Counted from the first letter of the stretch, positions 13,531 through 25,419 are shown. The stretch: 64,000 bases of DNA from Mobula hypostoma (GCF_963921235.1 NC_086108.1:77192001-77256000); one strand, 5' to 3'. The notes: generated by a model from the sequence alone, not told the origin. Numbers and translations: made by a program.

Positions 13531-15000
13531 AATCGAAGGGAAACTTAAGCCTTTTCCAGTCTTGTTCAGCAATACCTCTGATTGATTCTTCAGCTTTCCC
13601 AATTCAGGGACAATCTCTAATAATGGATCTTGTCCTTTTGGGGTTTACAGTACTTTGTTCTCAGAGGTCATATCCATAGCCTTCAAATGAAATCATTACG
13701 CTATAGATAGAAAGATTCTCCTGCTACCATACATGTAGAGCTCATGAAATGCAGTGCCCAAAATAGGGCTGTATTGGTTTGATGATACAATGACATTATT
13801 TTCTAAAAGTGGTGCTTTGAAAACCTGCAGAGATCTGGATGGCAGCAACCTGCAGGAAATGCAAGCCCAGTCTGTATAGTGAAGTCATCCGGTGTGAGGG
13901 ATCAGAATGAGCCCATGTTACAAACTACTTCGTAAAAATTTTGTATGATTTATGTTTACTTTATCTTATTTCTTGCCAATGCTGTTTATAAGATGCTATG
14001 TTCCTGTGATGTTGCTGCAAGTACATTTTTCATTGCACCTGTGCATATATGCAATTTTGTATAAGACAATAAACTTGACTTTGACCTTAAGAAAGTATTG
14101 ACAACCGTTTCCATTCCTGATGAAGGGCCCAAAATTCAACTGTTTATTCCTCTCCATAGATGCTGCTTGACCTGATGAGTTTGTTCAGCATTTTGTGTGT
14201 ATTCCACAGGATCTTCCCTACCCCAACCAACCACTTATTTCCAACTCTCTTCTCAACTAATGGTTCCCTTTCTTGTTTCCTAGTAACGTTTTGTGCTTAC
14301 CTCCCTCCAACAGCTATCTCACATCTTCCCACTCCCCTCCACCTACTTTATTCCATCTGTTGCTTTTACTTTTTCCTCTTTTTCTTTATCTGCTTCCATC
14401 TATATTCACCTGCCACAATCTTCTACTTCACCCTTGCTCACCTCCCCTAACTGGCACCACCTGCCTGTCATCTTACAACCCTCCTCAGTCCAGCAATCCC
14501 CTCGTCATCCTTCCTCAACACTGGATAGAACAATGCACTAGTTTTTATCCAAAGCCAAATTCCACCACCTTGTCTTATTCCCCATATGTAAGCTAATATG
14601 TTCAACTTCTCCCCAGATCTAACTACATGTAGCTATATGAGATGTTTCCATATGCATCAGCCAAACTTTATAACAATGGGCTTGTGTTAATTAACCTGTA
14701 TCAATCCACCCCTACCCACTTCTGGAAAAAAGCATCAGCACCCTCCACTCACCAAGCATGCAGTAGCAAAGCCCCCAATAAAGACCATGATCTACAGTAC
14801 AACAAAAACTAATCGTTCAGCCGATAATTTGACATACCACAGTCTTTTTCTCTGCCTAATAAAGAGAAAAAAATGTGTTCCCTTTCACAGCAAGAGGGGA
14901 GACAACAGAACAACTCGCCGATTTACAGTGTTAAAAGTCTGCCATGCTGCTTTTTCTTTCGAGCCTGTGACTCAAGGGTTGGCAATGATCTCTCACCAAC

Positions 15001-15003
<3 letters not shown>

Positions 15004-15050
<47 letters not shown>
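15004..15050 (+). repeat. (GA)n microsatellite
   Basis: Direct reading of the GA dinucleotide run. Confidence 0.98.
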
Positions 15051-15053
<3 letters not shown>

Positions 15054-15129
15054 TGCCATGTACAGAGCCTCCAACAGCTGATCAGCTGGGCCTGATGTTC
15101 TGTTCTGTCCTGCAATGTTCAGTCAGCAG

Positions 15130-16995
15130 CACCGGCTTAGAATCAGCCCTTGCCCCACACCTCCCGTCTCTACATCCTACCTAGGATCCATAAATCTACC
15201 TGTCGAAGTAGACCCATCATTTCTGCTTGTTCCTTCCCCACCGAACTTACATCTGCAGATCTCCACTCGGTTTTATCCCCCTGATTCAGTCCCTAACTAC
15301 CTACATCCTGACACTTCACATGCTCTTGATCTTTCAATGACTTTGAGTTCCCTGGCCCTGATCATCTCATTTTCACTATGGACGTTCAGTCCCGATACAC
15401 ATCCATCCCCCATTAGGAGGGTCTTAAAGCTCTCCATGTTAACCAGTTCCCCTCCACGTCCCCTCTGCCTCGCAGTACTTGTCCTCACCTCAATAATTTC
15501 TCCTTTGACTCCTACCACTTTCTTCAAACCAAGGTGTAGCCATGGGCACTTGCATAGGTCCCAGCTATGTCTGCCTATTCATCTGCTCTGTAGAACAGTC
15601 CATGTTCCGAGCCTACACAGGCATTGCTCCCCAGCTCTTCCTATGCTACATCGGTGACTGCTTTGGTCCGGCTTCCTGCACCCATGTTGAGCTCAGCGAC
15701 TTCATCAGCTTTGCCTCCAACCTCCACCCAGCCCTCAAGTTTGCTTGGTCCATTTCTGACACCTCCCTCCCTTTTCTTGATCTGTCTGTCTCTATATTTG
15801 GAGACAGTCTATCCACTGATAACTTTTATAAACTCACTGACTCTCACAGCTATCTGGACGATACCTCTTCCCATGCTGTCACTTGTCAAAATGCCATTCC
15901 CTTCTCTCAGTTCCTCCGTCTCTGCTGCATCTGCTCTCGGGATGAAGCTTTTCTTTCCAAAACTACTAAGATGTCCTCCTTCTTCAAAGAAAGGGGCTTC
16001 CCTTCCTCCACCATCAATGCTGCCCTCACCTACATCTCTTCCATTTCATGCATGTGTGCCCTCACCTCATCCTCCTACCACCCTACCAAGGATACGGTTC
16101 TTCTAGTCCTCACCTACCACCCCCTTAGAGTCTGTGTCCACCACAGAATACTCTGTAATTTCCACCATCTCCACCCCCAAGAACATTTTTCCCTCCCCCA
16201 CACTATCTGCTTTCTGCAGGGATCTCCCCCTCGGGGCTCTAAATAGTCCTTCCAGGTGAGGCGACACTTCACCTGCACGGCTTTTGAGGTCATCTACTGT
16301 ATTTGGTGCTCCCCGGTGTGGTCTCCTGTATATTGGTGAGACCCGACATAGATTAGGAGACTGCTTTGCCCAGCACCTATGCTCCGTCCACTAGAAAAAA
16401 ATGGGAGCTCCTGGTGGCCACCCATTTCAGTTCTACTTCCCGCTCCCATTCCGACATTTCCAGTCATGGACTCCTCTGCAGCCATGATGCGGCCACACTC
16501 AGTTTGGAGAAGCAACACCTTATATTTCATCTGGGTAGCCTCCAACCTGATGGCATAAACATCGAATTTTCGGTAATTGTCGTTTCCCCTTTACCATTCC
16601 ACATTCCTGTTTCCCTCTCTTACCTTATCTCTTTACCTGCCCGTCACCTCCCTCTGCTCCTCCCCCTTCCCTTTCTTCCATGGTCTTCTATCCTCTCCTA
16701 TCAGATTCCACCTTCTCCAGCCCTTTACCTCTGTCACCAATCAGCTTCACAGCTCTTTACTTCAAACCCTCCCCGCTCCCGGTTTCACCTCATCTACCAG
16801 CTTGTACTTCTCCTCCCCTCCCCCCACCTTCTTACTCTGCCTTCTCATCTTTCTTTCCAGTCCTGATGAAGGGACTCAGCCCGAAGTGTCGACTGTTCAC
16901 TTGTTTTCAGAAGTGCTGCCTGGCCTGCTGAGTTCCTCCAGCATTTTGTGTGTGATGCTTTGAATTTCCAGTATCTGCAGCGTTTCTTGTGTTTG
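15130..16995 (+). mobile_element. Penelope-like element, 5'-truncated and degenerate (RT C-terminus, GIY-YIG endonuclease, terminal repeat)
   Basis: GVAMGTCIGPSYVCLF..YIGDCFG..LPFLDLSV..YKLTDSHSYL..AIPFSQFLRL. A GIY-YIG remnant (VIYCIWCS..LLYIGET) lies at about 16288-16345, followed by a pyrimidine-rich tail. Confidence 0.9.
16858..16895 (+). ncRNA. Degenerate minimal type I hammerhead ribozyme motif in the Penelope tail
   Basis: CAGUC-CUGAUGA-A-GGG-ACUCAG-CCC-GAAGU-GUC-GACUG. Stem I (CAGUC/GACUG), stem II (GGG/CCC) and the CUGAUGA box are intact, but GAAAC is mutated in this copy. Confidence 0.7.
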
Positions 16996-19900
16996 TGATA
17001 AAAGGTAGTCCTGAGCAGTTTGGTACTGAATCTTACCCTAGGCAATATACATTTACTTCACAAAAGTTTTCACAATAGAATCTTCCCTGAGAGTTGACAG
17101 AACACTATCCAACTTCTTTTCGTGTTGTGATGTTGACAGTATTCAATAAAATTATTCAATTTCAATACTTGCTTTCAGCTTTATAAATTCATTGAGGTCA
17201 TATCTCAGGGCAGCTGATGATTTGATCAGCTGTAGACAAAACATGTAATTCTTCTGTAGTTGCAAATACAGTCTTGGAATTTTTTAAAAATGCAGTTTCA
17301 TGTTCTGAGATAATTGAAATCATTGCCCATCATAAACTGAGGTGTTGTAAAGAGGTCCGACTAGTATTTAATGTCAACTTTGAAATGGCATTTTATTTTA
17401 ATGCTTTTATTTAGTAATTCACGATGTGAAACAAATGTGTTGACACAAGATTAACTAGTTTGATGGGATTGTTCAATTACTCCCTGAGGCCGAAGTATCC
17501 TTTGATATTTGTCAAACACAACAAAGAGAAAGAGCTGACAATACTTGACATTAAAAAAGTCAAATAATTCCTTTCACAAATGGCTTTTTGTCTTTTTGCA
17601 AGCCATCACATATAAATATATAAACATGCTATGAGAACCTCATTGTTTCCAAATGTACCTGAGTCAGTTTTAATACCAGCAACTTATCCTTCTCGCCAAA
17701 CAGCAGAGGCTGCTGAAACATTTCTCATGGTTTCTATTTCATATGCAATACTGGCTACAGAGTTCATCAGTATGAGTGTCACAGGAATGAGAAGTCATTA
17801 AAAACAATTGTGTCTTCTATTATTTATATTCTTATGTATGCGTTTCTGAGAATGATTTTCACTTTTATTTTACCCTTGTGCCAACTCTTAGATCTGGCCT
17901 TTATTGACTCTGTATTTCAGTTCAAAGGCTTCAAAGATTGCATTAGCTAGCTATCTAACTTCACATTACTCTTTGTCCTTGGCTTCATAAACTTTGTAGG
18001 ATGTTTCCTATTTTTCTTCCATAAAGCTTTCTTCACTTCCGATTTCATCTCAGCTCATATTATTCTTTTCATCAATTATTCATACAATGGGCTGGTTTTG
18101 GCCACAATCTGATTTATATCCATAACCAGGTACTGGTAAATTGGTTTGTTATTGCCACATATACTGAGGTACAGTGAAAAAGCTGTTTTGTATACCTTGC
18201 AAAAAGATCATTTCATTACAGTATTACATTGAGGTAATGCAAGGGAAAACACACAGAATTCAGAGTAATGTGTTACAGTTGCAGAGAAGGTGCAGTGCAG
18301 GTAGACAACATGGTGCGAGGGCATAACGAGATAGATTGTGAGGTCAAGTGTCCATCTTATTGTACTAGGAGAACATTCAGTAGTCTTGTAAAAGCAGGAC
18401 AGATGCTGTCCTTGAGCTTAGTAGCAATGCTTTCGGGATTTTGTATGTTCTACCTGATAGGAGGAGTCTGTTTGCGAGGAAGTGGAATACGATTTGTCCT
18501 CTTCACTTACTTCTGGTTTTGGGAGAAAAGGAATAGGCTATGGGGAGAGGTGTTGTCAGGGATGCAAGAGAGGTTAGGGTAGATGGCGTGAATGAATTAA
18601 CCCTTGTATATGGCATTTACGAACCAGTGAATGCTGAGACTTCTGCATGAAAGCTTGGCTGAAAATAAACCATGAGAATGTATTGCCAGAGTATAAAGTT
18701 ATAGAATTCCTCCATTTTTTCCACTCTGCTTCCAGAATCAATATATCCCTTGTCACATCTTTGGTTTTACTAATTTCTCTTTCATTTGCTTCTCCCTTGC
18801 ACCATAATCACATCTGTTAGAATCATTGAGTCATAGACGTGGAGCATGGAGATGTGCTCTTCAATCTATTGAGATCGTGCCAATCATCAGCCATCCATTT
18901 ACAATATTCCTGCATTATAATTTTTATTTTTGCCATAGTTCCATCAATTGCCTTGAAATTCTTTCATTCATCAACATTTTGGGGACAAACTACAGAGATT
19001 AATTAAGCTACCGCCTGAACACACCCCTGGAATGTGGGAGGAAACTGGATCATCTGGGGGAAAGCCATGCAGTCATAGGGAGAACATGCAGACAATACCT
19101 GAGGTCAGGATTAAACTCGGGTCTTTGGTGCTGTGAGATTTGCACCACTCCTGCTTCCTAATAATATTCTACAACCAGTTCTAGGTGTTCAGTCAGCCAA
19201 TTCATCTCCTTTATTCCTTGTTAGCCTCCATTTCCTATTTCAATAGCCACGCTATATCAGCTAATCTGAAGTATCTTCCAGTTCTGATGACAAGACCTGC
19301 CTAAAAATATTAACTGTCCTTCTGGCATTTGAAAGACTGTAGAAATTTACCTTTGATCTTCTGAACTAATAACATTATAAAATTGATCACCCGATGTACT
19401 CCTCTTTGGTTCCATCTTCAAAAGAGGCAAACACATCTAGATCAGCCTGGAGTAATTCCTGAGGCTACTGGTTGATTCCATTCCATTAACAAAGTGTGTC
19501 TAGATCATCAGTTATAGATATGAATTAGCTATATATCTTGTTTCCTCTTCAATATGATGGTTTATTATGATTTAGTTTGTTGACTGGAAGTGGCTGCACA
19601 ATAGATTTTTTGCAATAATTATGGGGATAAAGATTAATACAATCAAGATGTCATCTACCCTTTGGAAAGGGTGTCAGTGCTTGATATTAATAAGTCTCAG
19701 ATTTTGATCTCTACATAAAACCTTCCTTAATAAGTTTTCCATGAGAATGCAGAATATCAAGGGATCTTGCCTTATTGTATGTTGATGTACTTAAGCAGAT
19801 GTTTGACCCGATTTTCAAGTCTTTTGGTTAAGGCTTCATTTTTAATTGAAGACTCATTTAATACAGTGTCAGCTGTGGCACTCTTGCATCTTTGAAGAGT

Positions 19901-20049
19901 TGTGGATTCACACCTTACTCTAGATTGAGCACCAGCATTTAGGTTCACACACTTCACTCCGCTCCTCTCGGCACCCTTGGACTGATTAGTGTGATAGAGT
20001 CATGTGGACCAATGGACACCCTTCTGTATTAATCACATCTTCCAGCACT

Positions 20050-20967
20050 TGGATGCGGTTTTCTATGCCTGGACTCTGCTTCCACCACACTCACATGCAA
20101 AGTATTCAGCTACTCACCATTCTCAAGGTAAAAAAGAATTCTCTCATATACCAACTAAATCTATTCTCCTTTATCCTAAATCTATATCCTTTAGTTTTAT
20201 TCACTTCGGATAAAGGGAAATACTGCCAGCAGTCTACCATATCATACTTCAATAATGTACCAGTGTAAACTCCTCCACTTCAGCTAAAACAGTCTCTCAT
20301 AACTGAAACTTTCCATCCCTGGTGCATTTCCTCTGCCCCACCTTTAGCGCCATAACATCCTTCTTATCGTTTGGTAACTAGAACTGTACACAGTACTCAG
20401 TTTGAGGTCTTATTTATTTGTTTATTTAGAGATGCAGCATGGTTATAACCAATGCTTTCTAAGGTTTGAGTAGTACCTCACTGCCCCAACTAATGTAAGT
20501 CAGTACCTCAAAGGCCTTCTTCTCTGTAATACCTACTTGCACTACTACCAGCAAGATTCTTTACTCTCTCTCTTCCTCGGTATTCCCCAAGACCTTACCC
20601 TTCATACTGAATGTCTTGCCCACATTAATATATTCTAAATTCAACACCTCATATTTTCCAGAATTAAACTCCATCTGCCATTTCTTGGCACTTTTCACCA
20701 ACACATCAATATCATGCTGTGGCATCAGACACACCAGTGACAAAACCAAGCTCCTACTATCACCCTCCGTATGCTTTTGCCAAGTCAGTTTTGGACCCAT
20801 GAGCCCTAATCATCTAGATCATTCTTCCAAGAGGGACCTTGTCAAAAGCCATATTGAAATCCAGGTAGAACACATCTACTGTACTGCCTTCATCTATACA
20901 TTTTAGTACCTACTCAAAAAAATCCATTCATGTCCTTGACAAAGCCATGCTGGCTATCTCTGGTTGA
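20050..20967 (-). mobile_element. Old CR1 ORF2 fragment, host of the full-length CR1
   Basis: AKKWQMEFNSGKYEVL remnant and a DFxxAFDKVP-like segment. It resumes at about 25354. Confidence 0.8.
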
Positions 20968-21058
20968 CATAGAAACATAGAAAATAGGTGCAGGAGTAGG
21001 CCATTCGGCCCTTCGAGCCTGCACCGCCATTTATTATGATCATGGCTGATCATCCAAC

Positions 21059-24000
21059 TCAGAACCCCGCCCCAGCCTTCCCTCCATACCCCCTGACCCC
21101 TGTAGCCACAAGGGCCATATCTAACTCCCTCTTAAACATAGCCAATGAACTGGCCTCAACAGTTTCCTGTGGCAGAGAATTCCACAGATTCACCACTCTC
21201 TGTGTGAAGAAGTTTTTCCTAATCTCGGTCCTAAAAGGCTTCCCCTCTATCCTCAAACTGTGACCCCTCATTCTGGACTTCCCCAACATCGGGAACAATC
21301 TTCCTGCATCTAGCCTGTCCAATCCCTTTAGGATCTTATACGTTTCAATCAGATCCCCCCTCAATCTTCTAAATTCCAACGAGTACAAGCCCAGTTCATC
21401 CAGTCTTTCTTCATATGAAAGTCCTGCCATCCCAGGAATCAATCTGGTGAACCTTCTTTGTACTCCCTCTATGGCAAAGATGTCTTTCCTCAGGTTAGGG
21501 GACCAAAACTGCACACAATACTCCAGGTGTGGTCTCACCAAGGCCTTGTACAACTGCAGTAGTACCTCCCTGCTCCTGTACTCGAATCCTCTCGCTATAA
21601 ATGCCAGCATACCATTCGCCTTTTTCACTGCCTGCTGTACCTGCATGCCCACTTTCAATGACTGGTGTATAATGACACCCAGGTCTCGTTGCCCCTCCCC
21701 TTTTCCTAATCAGCCACCATTCAGATAATAATCTGTTTTCCTATTTTTGCCACCAAAGTGGATAACTTCACATTTATCCACATTAAATTGCATCTGCCAT
21801 GAGTTTTCCCACTCACCCAACCTATCAAAGTCACCCTGCATCCTCTCAGCATCCTCCTCACTGCTAACACTGCCACCCCGCTTCGCGTCATCCGCAAACT
21901 TGGAGATGCTGCATTTAATTCCCTCATCCAAGTCAATAATATATATTGTAAACAACTGGGGTCCCAGCACTGAGCCTTGCGGTACCCCACTAGTCACCGC
22001 CTGCCATTCTGAAAAGGTCCCGTTTATTCCCACTCTTTGCTTCCTGTCTGCTAACCAATTCTCCACCCACACCGATACCTTACCCCCAATACCGTGTGCT
22101 TTAAGTTTGCACACTAATCTCCTGTGTGGGACCTTGTCAAAAGCCTTTTGAAAATCCAAATATACCACATCCACTGGTTCTCCCCTATCCACTCTACTAG
22201 TTACATCCTCAAAAAATTCTATGAGATTCGTCAGACATGATTTTCCTTTCACAAATCCATGCTGACTTTGTCCGATCATTTCACCGCTTTCCAAGTGTGC
22301 TGTTATCACATCCTTGATAACTGACTCCAGCAGTTTCCCCACCACCGACGTTAGGCTAACCGGTCTATAATTCCCCGGTTTCTCTCTCCCACCTTTTTTA
22401 AAAAGTGGGGTTACATTAGCCACCCTCCAATCCTCAGGAACTAGTCCAGAATCTAACGAGTTTTGAAAAATTATCACTAATGCATCCACTATTTCTTGGG
22501 CTACTTCCTTAAGCAGTCTGGGATGCAGACCATCTGGCCCTGGGGATTTATCTGCCTTCAATCCCTTCAATTTACCTAACACCACTTCCCTACTAACATG
22601 TATTTCACTCAGTTTCTCCATCTCACTGGACCCTCTGTCCCTTACTATTTCTGGAAGATTATTTATGTCCTCCTTAGTGAAGACAGAACTAAAGTAATTA
22701 TTCAAATGGTCTGCCATGTCCTTGCTCCTCATAATCAATTCACCTGTTTCTGTCTGCAGGGGACCTACATTTGTCTTTACCAGTCTTTTCCTTTTTACAT
22801 ATCTATAAAAGCTTTTACAGTCCGTTTTTATGTTCCCCGCCAGTTTTCTCTCATAATCTTTTTTCCCCTTCCTAATTAAGCCCTTTGTCCTCCTCTGCTG
22901 AACTCTGAATTTCTCCCAGTCCTCAGGTGAGCCACTTTCTCTGGCTAATTTGTATGCTACTTCTTTGGAATTGATACTATCCCTAATTTCTCTTGTCAGC
23001 CACGGGTGCACTACCTTCCTTGATTTATTCTTTTGCCAAACTGGGATGAACAATTGTTGTAGTTCATCCATGCAACCTTTAAATGCTTGCCATTGCATAT
23101 CCACCGTCAATCCTTTAAGTGTCATTTGCCAGCCTATCTTAGCTAATTCACGTCTCATACCTTCAAAGTTACCCCTCTTTAAGTTCAGAACCTTTGTTTC
23201 TGAATTAACTATGTCACTCTCCATATTAATGAAGAATTCCACCATATTATGGTCACTCTTACCCAAGGGGCCTCTCACGACCAGATCGCTAATTAACCCT
23301 TCCTCATTGCTCAAAACCCAGTCCAGAATAGCCTGCTCTCTAGTTGGTTCCTCGATATGTTGGTTCAAAAAACCATCCCGCATACATTCTAAGAAATCCT
23401 CTTCCTCAGCACCTTTACCAATTTGGTTCACCCAGTCTACATGTAGATTGAAGTCACCCATTATAACTGCTGTTCCTTTATTGCACACATTTCTAATTTC
23501 CTGTTTAATACCATCTCCGACCTCACTACTACTGTTAGGTGGCCTGTACACAACTCCCACCAGCGTCTTCTGCCCCTTAGTGTTACGCAGCTCTACCCAT
23601 ATCGATTCCACATCTTCCCGGCTTATGTCCTTCCTTTCTATTGCGTTAATCTCTTCTTTAACCAGCAACGCCACCCCACCTCCCCTTCCTTCATGTCTAT
23701 CCCTCCTGAATATTGAATATCCCTGAACGTTGAGCTCCCATCCCTGGTCACCCTGGAGCCATGTCTCTGTGATCCCAACTATATCACAATCATTAATAAC
23801 AATCTGCACTTTCCATTCATCCACCTTATTACGAATGCTCCTTGCATTGACACATAAAGCCTTCAGGCGCTCTTTTACAACTCTCTTAGCCCTTATACAA
23901 TTATGCTGAAAAGTGGCCCTTTTTAATGCTTGCCCTGGATTTGTCGGCCTGCCACTTTTACTTTTCTCCTTTGTACTTTTTGCTTCTACCCTCACTTTAC

Positions 24001-24112
24001 ACCCCTCTGTCTCTCTGCACTGGTTCCCATCCCCCTGTTGTGAACTAACCTCCTCACGCCTAGCCTCTTTAATTTGATTCCCACCCCCCAACCATTCTAG
24101 TTTAAAGTCACC
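21059..24112 (-). pseudogene. CR1 ORF2 (APE endonuclease + reverse transcriptase) with one premature TGA at 21710-21712
   Basis: EN motifs NARS, GITETW, VYRPP, MGDFN, LDWVL and SDH. RT motifs YLDFQKAFD, GVPQGSVLGP and FADD. ORFs 21710-24091 and 21059-21658 are in the same frame, and siblings have CGA at the stop position. Confidence 0.93.
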
Positions 24113-25032
24113 TCAGTAGCCCCCGCTAATCTCTCTGCCAGGATATTAGTCCCCCTAGGATTCAAGTGTAACCCATCCTTTTTGTACAGGTCACGCCTGC
24201 CCCAGAAGAGGTCCCAATGATCCAAAAACTTGAATCCTTGCCCCCTGCTCCAATCCCTCAGCCACGCATTTATCCTCCACCTCATCGCATTCCTACTCTC
24301 ACTGTCGCGTGGCACAGGCAGTAATCCTGAGATTACTACCTTTGCGGTCCTTTTTCTTAACTCCCTTCCTAGCTCCCTATATTCTCCTTTCAGGACCTCA
24401 TCCCTTTTCCTACCTATGTCATTGGTACCTATATGTACCACGACCTCTGGCTCCTCACCCTCCCACTTCAGGATATCTTGGACACGATCAGAAATATCCC
24501 GGACCCTGGCACCAGGGAGGCAAACTACCATCCGGGTCTCTGGACTGTGTCCACAGAATCGCCTATCTGACCCCCTTACTATTGAGTCCCCTATCACAAC
24601 TGCCCTCCTCTTCCTTGCCCTACCCTTCTGAGCTACAGGGCCAGACTCTGTGACGGAGGCACGGCCACTGTCGCTTCCCCTGGGTAAGCTGTCCCCCCCA
24701 ACAGTACTCAAACAGGAGTACCTGTTGTTAAGGGGCACAGCCACCGGGGTACTCCCCATCACCTGACTTTTCCCCTTCCCCCTCCTAACCGTGACCCACT
24801 TGTCTGCCTCCCGTGGCCCCGGCGTGACCACCTGTCTTCCACTCCTCTCTATCACCTCCTCGCTCTCCCTGACCAGACAAAGGTCATCGAGCTGCAGCTC
24901 CAGTTCCGTAACGCGGTCCCTTAGGAGCTGCATCTCGATGCACTTGGCGCAGATGTAGACGTCCGGGAGGCTTGGAGACTCCAGGGCCTCCCACATCCGA
25001 CACCGAGAACAGCAAACTGCCCTCACAGTCAT
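24097..25032 (-). CDS. CR1 ORF1 protein: Cys zinc-finger/leucine zipper plus SGNH/GDSL esterase domain (about 311 aa from the ATG at 25032)
   Basis: CSRC..CAKC followed by heptad leucines (LRDRVTELELQLDDL), then esterase blocks IGDSIVRG, HIGTNDI and DGLHLN. Confidence 0.9.
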   Translation of the reverse strand: MTVRAVCCSRCRMWEALESPSLPDVYICAKCIEMQLLRDRVTELELQLDDLCLVRESEEVIERSGRQVVTPGPREADKWVTVRRGKGKSQVMGSTPVAVPLNNRYSCLSTVGGDSLPRGSDSGRASVTESGPVAQKGRARKRRAVVIGDSIVRGSDRRFCGHSPETRMVVCLPGARVRDISDRVQDILKWEGEEPEVVVHIGTNDIGRKRDEVLKGEYRELGRELRKRTAKVVISGLLPVPRDSESRNAMRWRINAWLRDWSRGQGFKFLDHWDLFWGRRDLYKKDGLHLNPRGTNILAERLAGATEVTLN

Positions 25033-25089
25033 AATGCCTCTCTCCTCAAATAGCAACAGAAAATGAATTTCAAACCTTCCTCGCCTCAC

Positions 25090-25350
25090 CCGCTTCCGCC
25101 TAAGCCCGTTGAGCTGAAGCTCTTAAGTCTTCACTCTGCTCCCGGCTCACTCCGCAGCCCGCAAACTACGCTGCCCGCTCTATGAGGCTTTGTTCCTTTT
25201 AAATCTGCCGCGCTGCACTGCCCGACGTCACACGCCTGCGCAGTCCCGCCTCTCAGAAAGCCGTTGGAGAAAAAAAATAACGAAAATTTCAAAAATCTCT
25301 TTCTCGGCACTCCCAGTCAGACTCTCAGACTCCTTCTTCGAATCTTGCCT
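25090..25350 (-). promoter_or_regulatory. CR1 5' UTR, putative internal promoter
   Basis: CpG-rich segment in an otherwise CpG-depleted window, with GC-box-, CRE- and TATA-like words at 25195-25252. Confidence 0.5.
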
Positions 25351-25419
25351 TAGTTCTTGCCTTTGCAAGTGATCATTAATTCAGTCTTTCAGAGCATTTT
25401 TCCAATAATTTTTCTCTTA

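Larger units (their letters stand above)
20968..25350 (-). mobile_element. Apparently full-length young CR1 LINE
   Basis: CpG-rich 5' UTR, intact ORF1, ORF2 with one nonsense codon, 3' stem-loop (GTGCAGG...CCTGCAC) and a TTTCTATG tail. The 5' boundary is approximate. Confidence 0.95.

Noticed and set aside
14787..15184. ORFs with ER repeats
   Set aside because: They are translations of a (GA)n microsatellite.
22950..23726. 258-aa plus-strand ORF and other antisense ORFs over CR1 ORF1/ORF2 (e.g. 5493-5897, 21747-22151, 24230-24631)
   Set aside because: They are shadow frames of LINE coding sequence with no recognisable domain, and they recur only because the element is repeated.
24069..24095. 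AUG immediately after the ORF1 stop as a reinitiation start for ORF2
   Set aside because: As sequenced it is out of frame with ORF2 and stops after 8 codons (MVGGWESN*). It is kept only as the alternative hypothesis if the G run has an indel.
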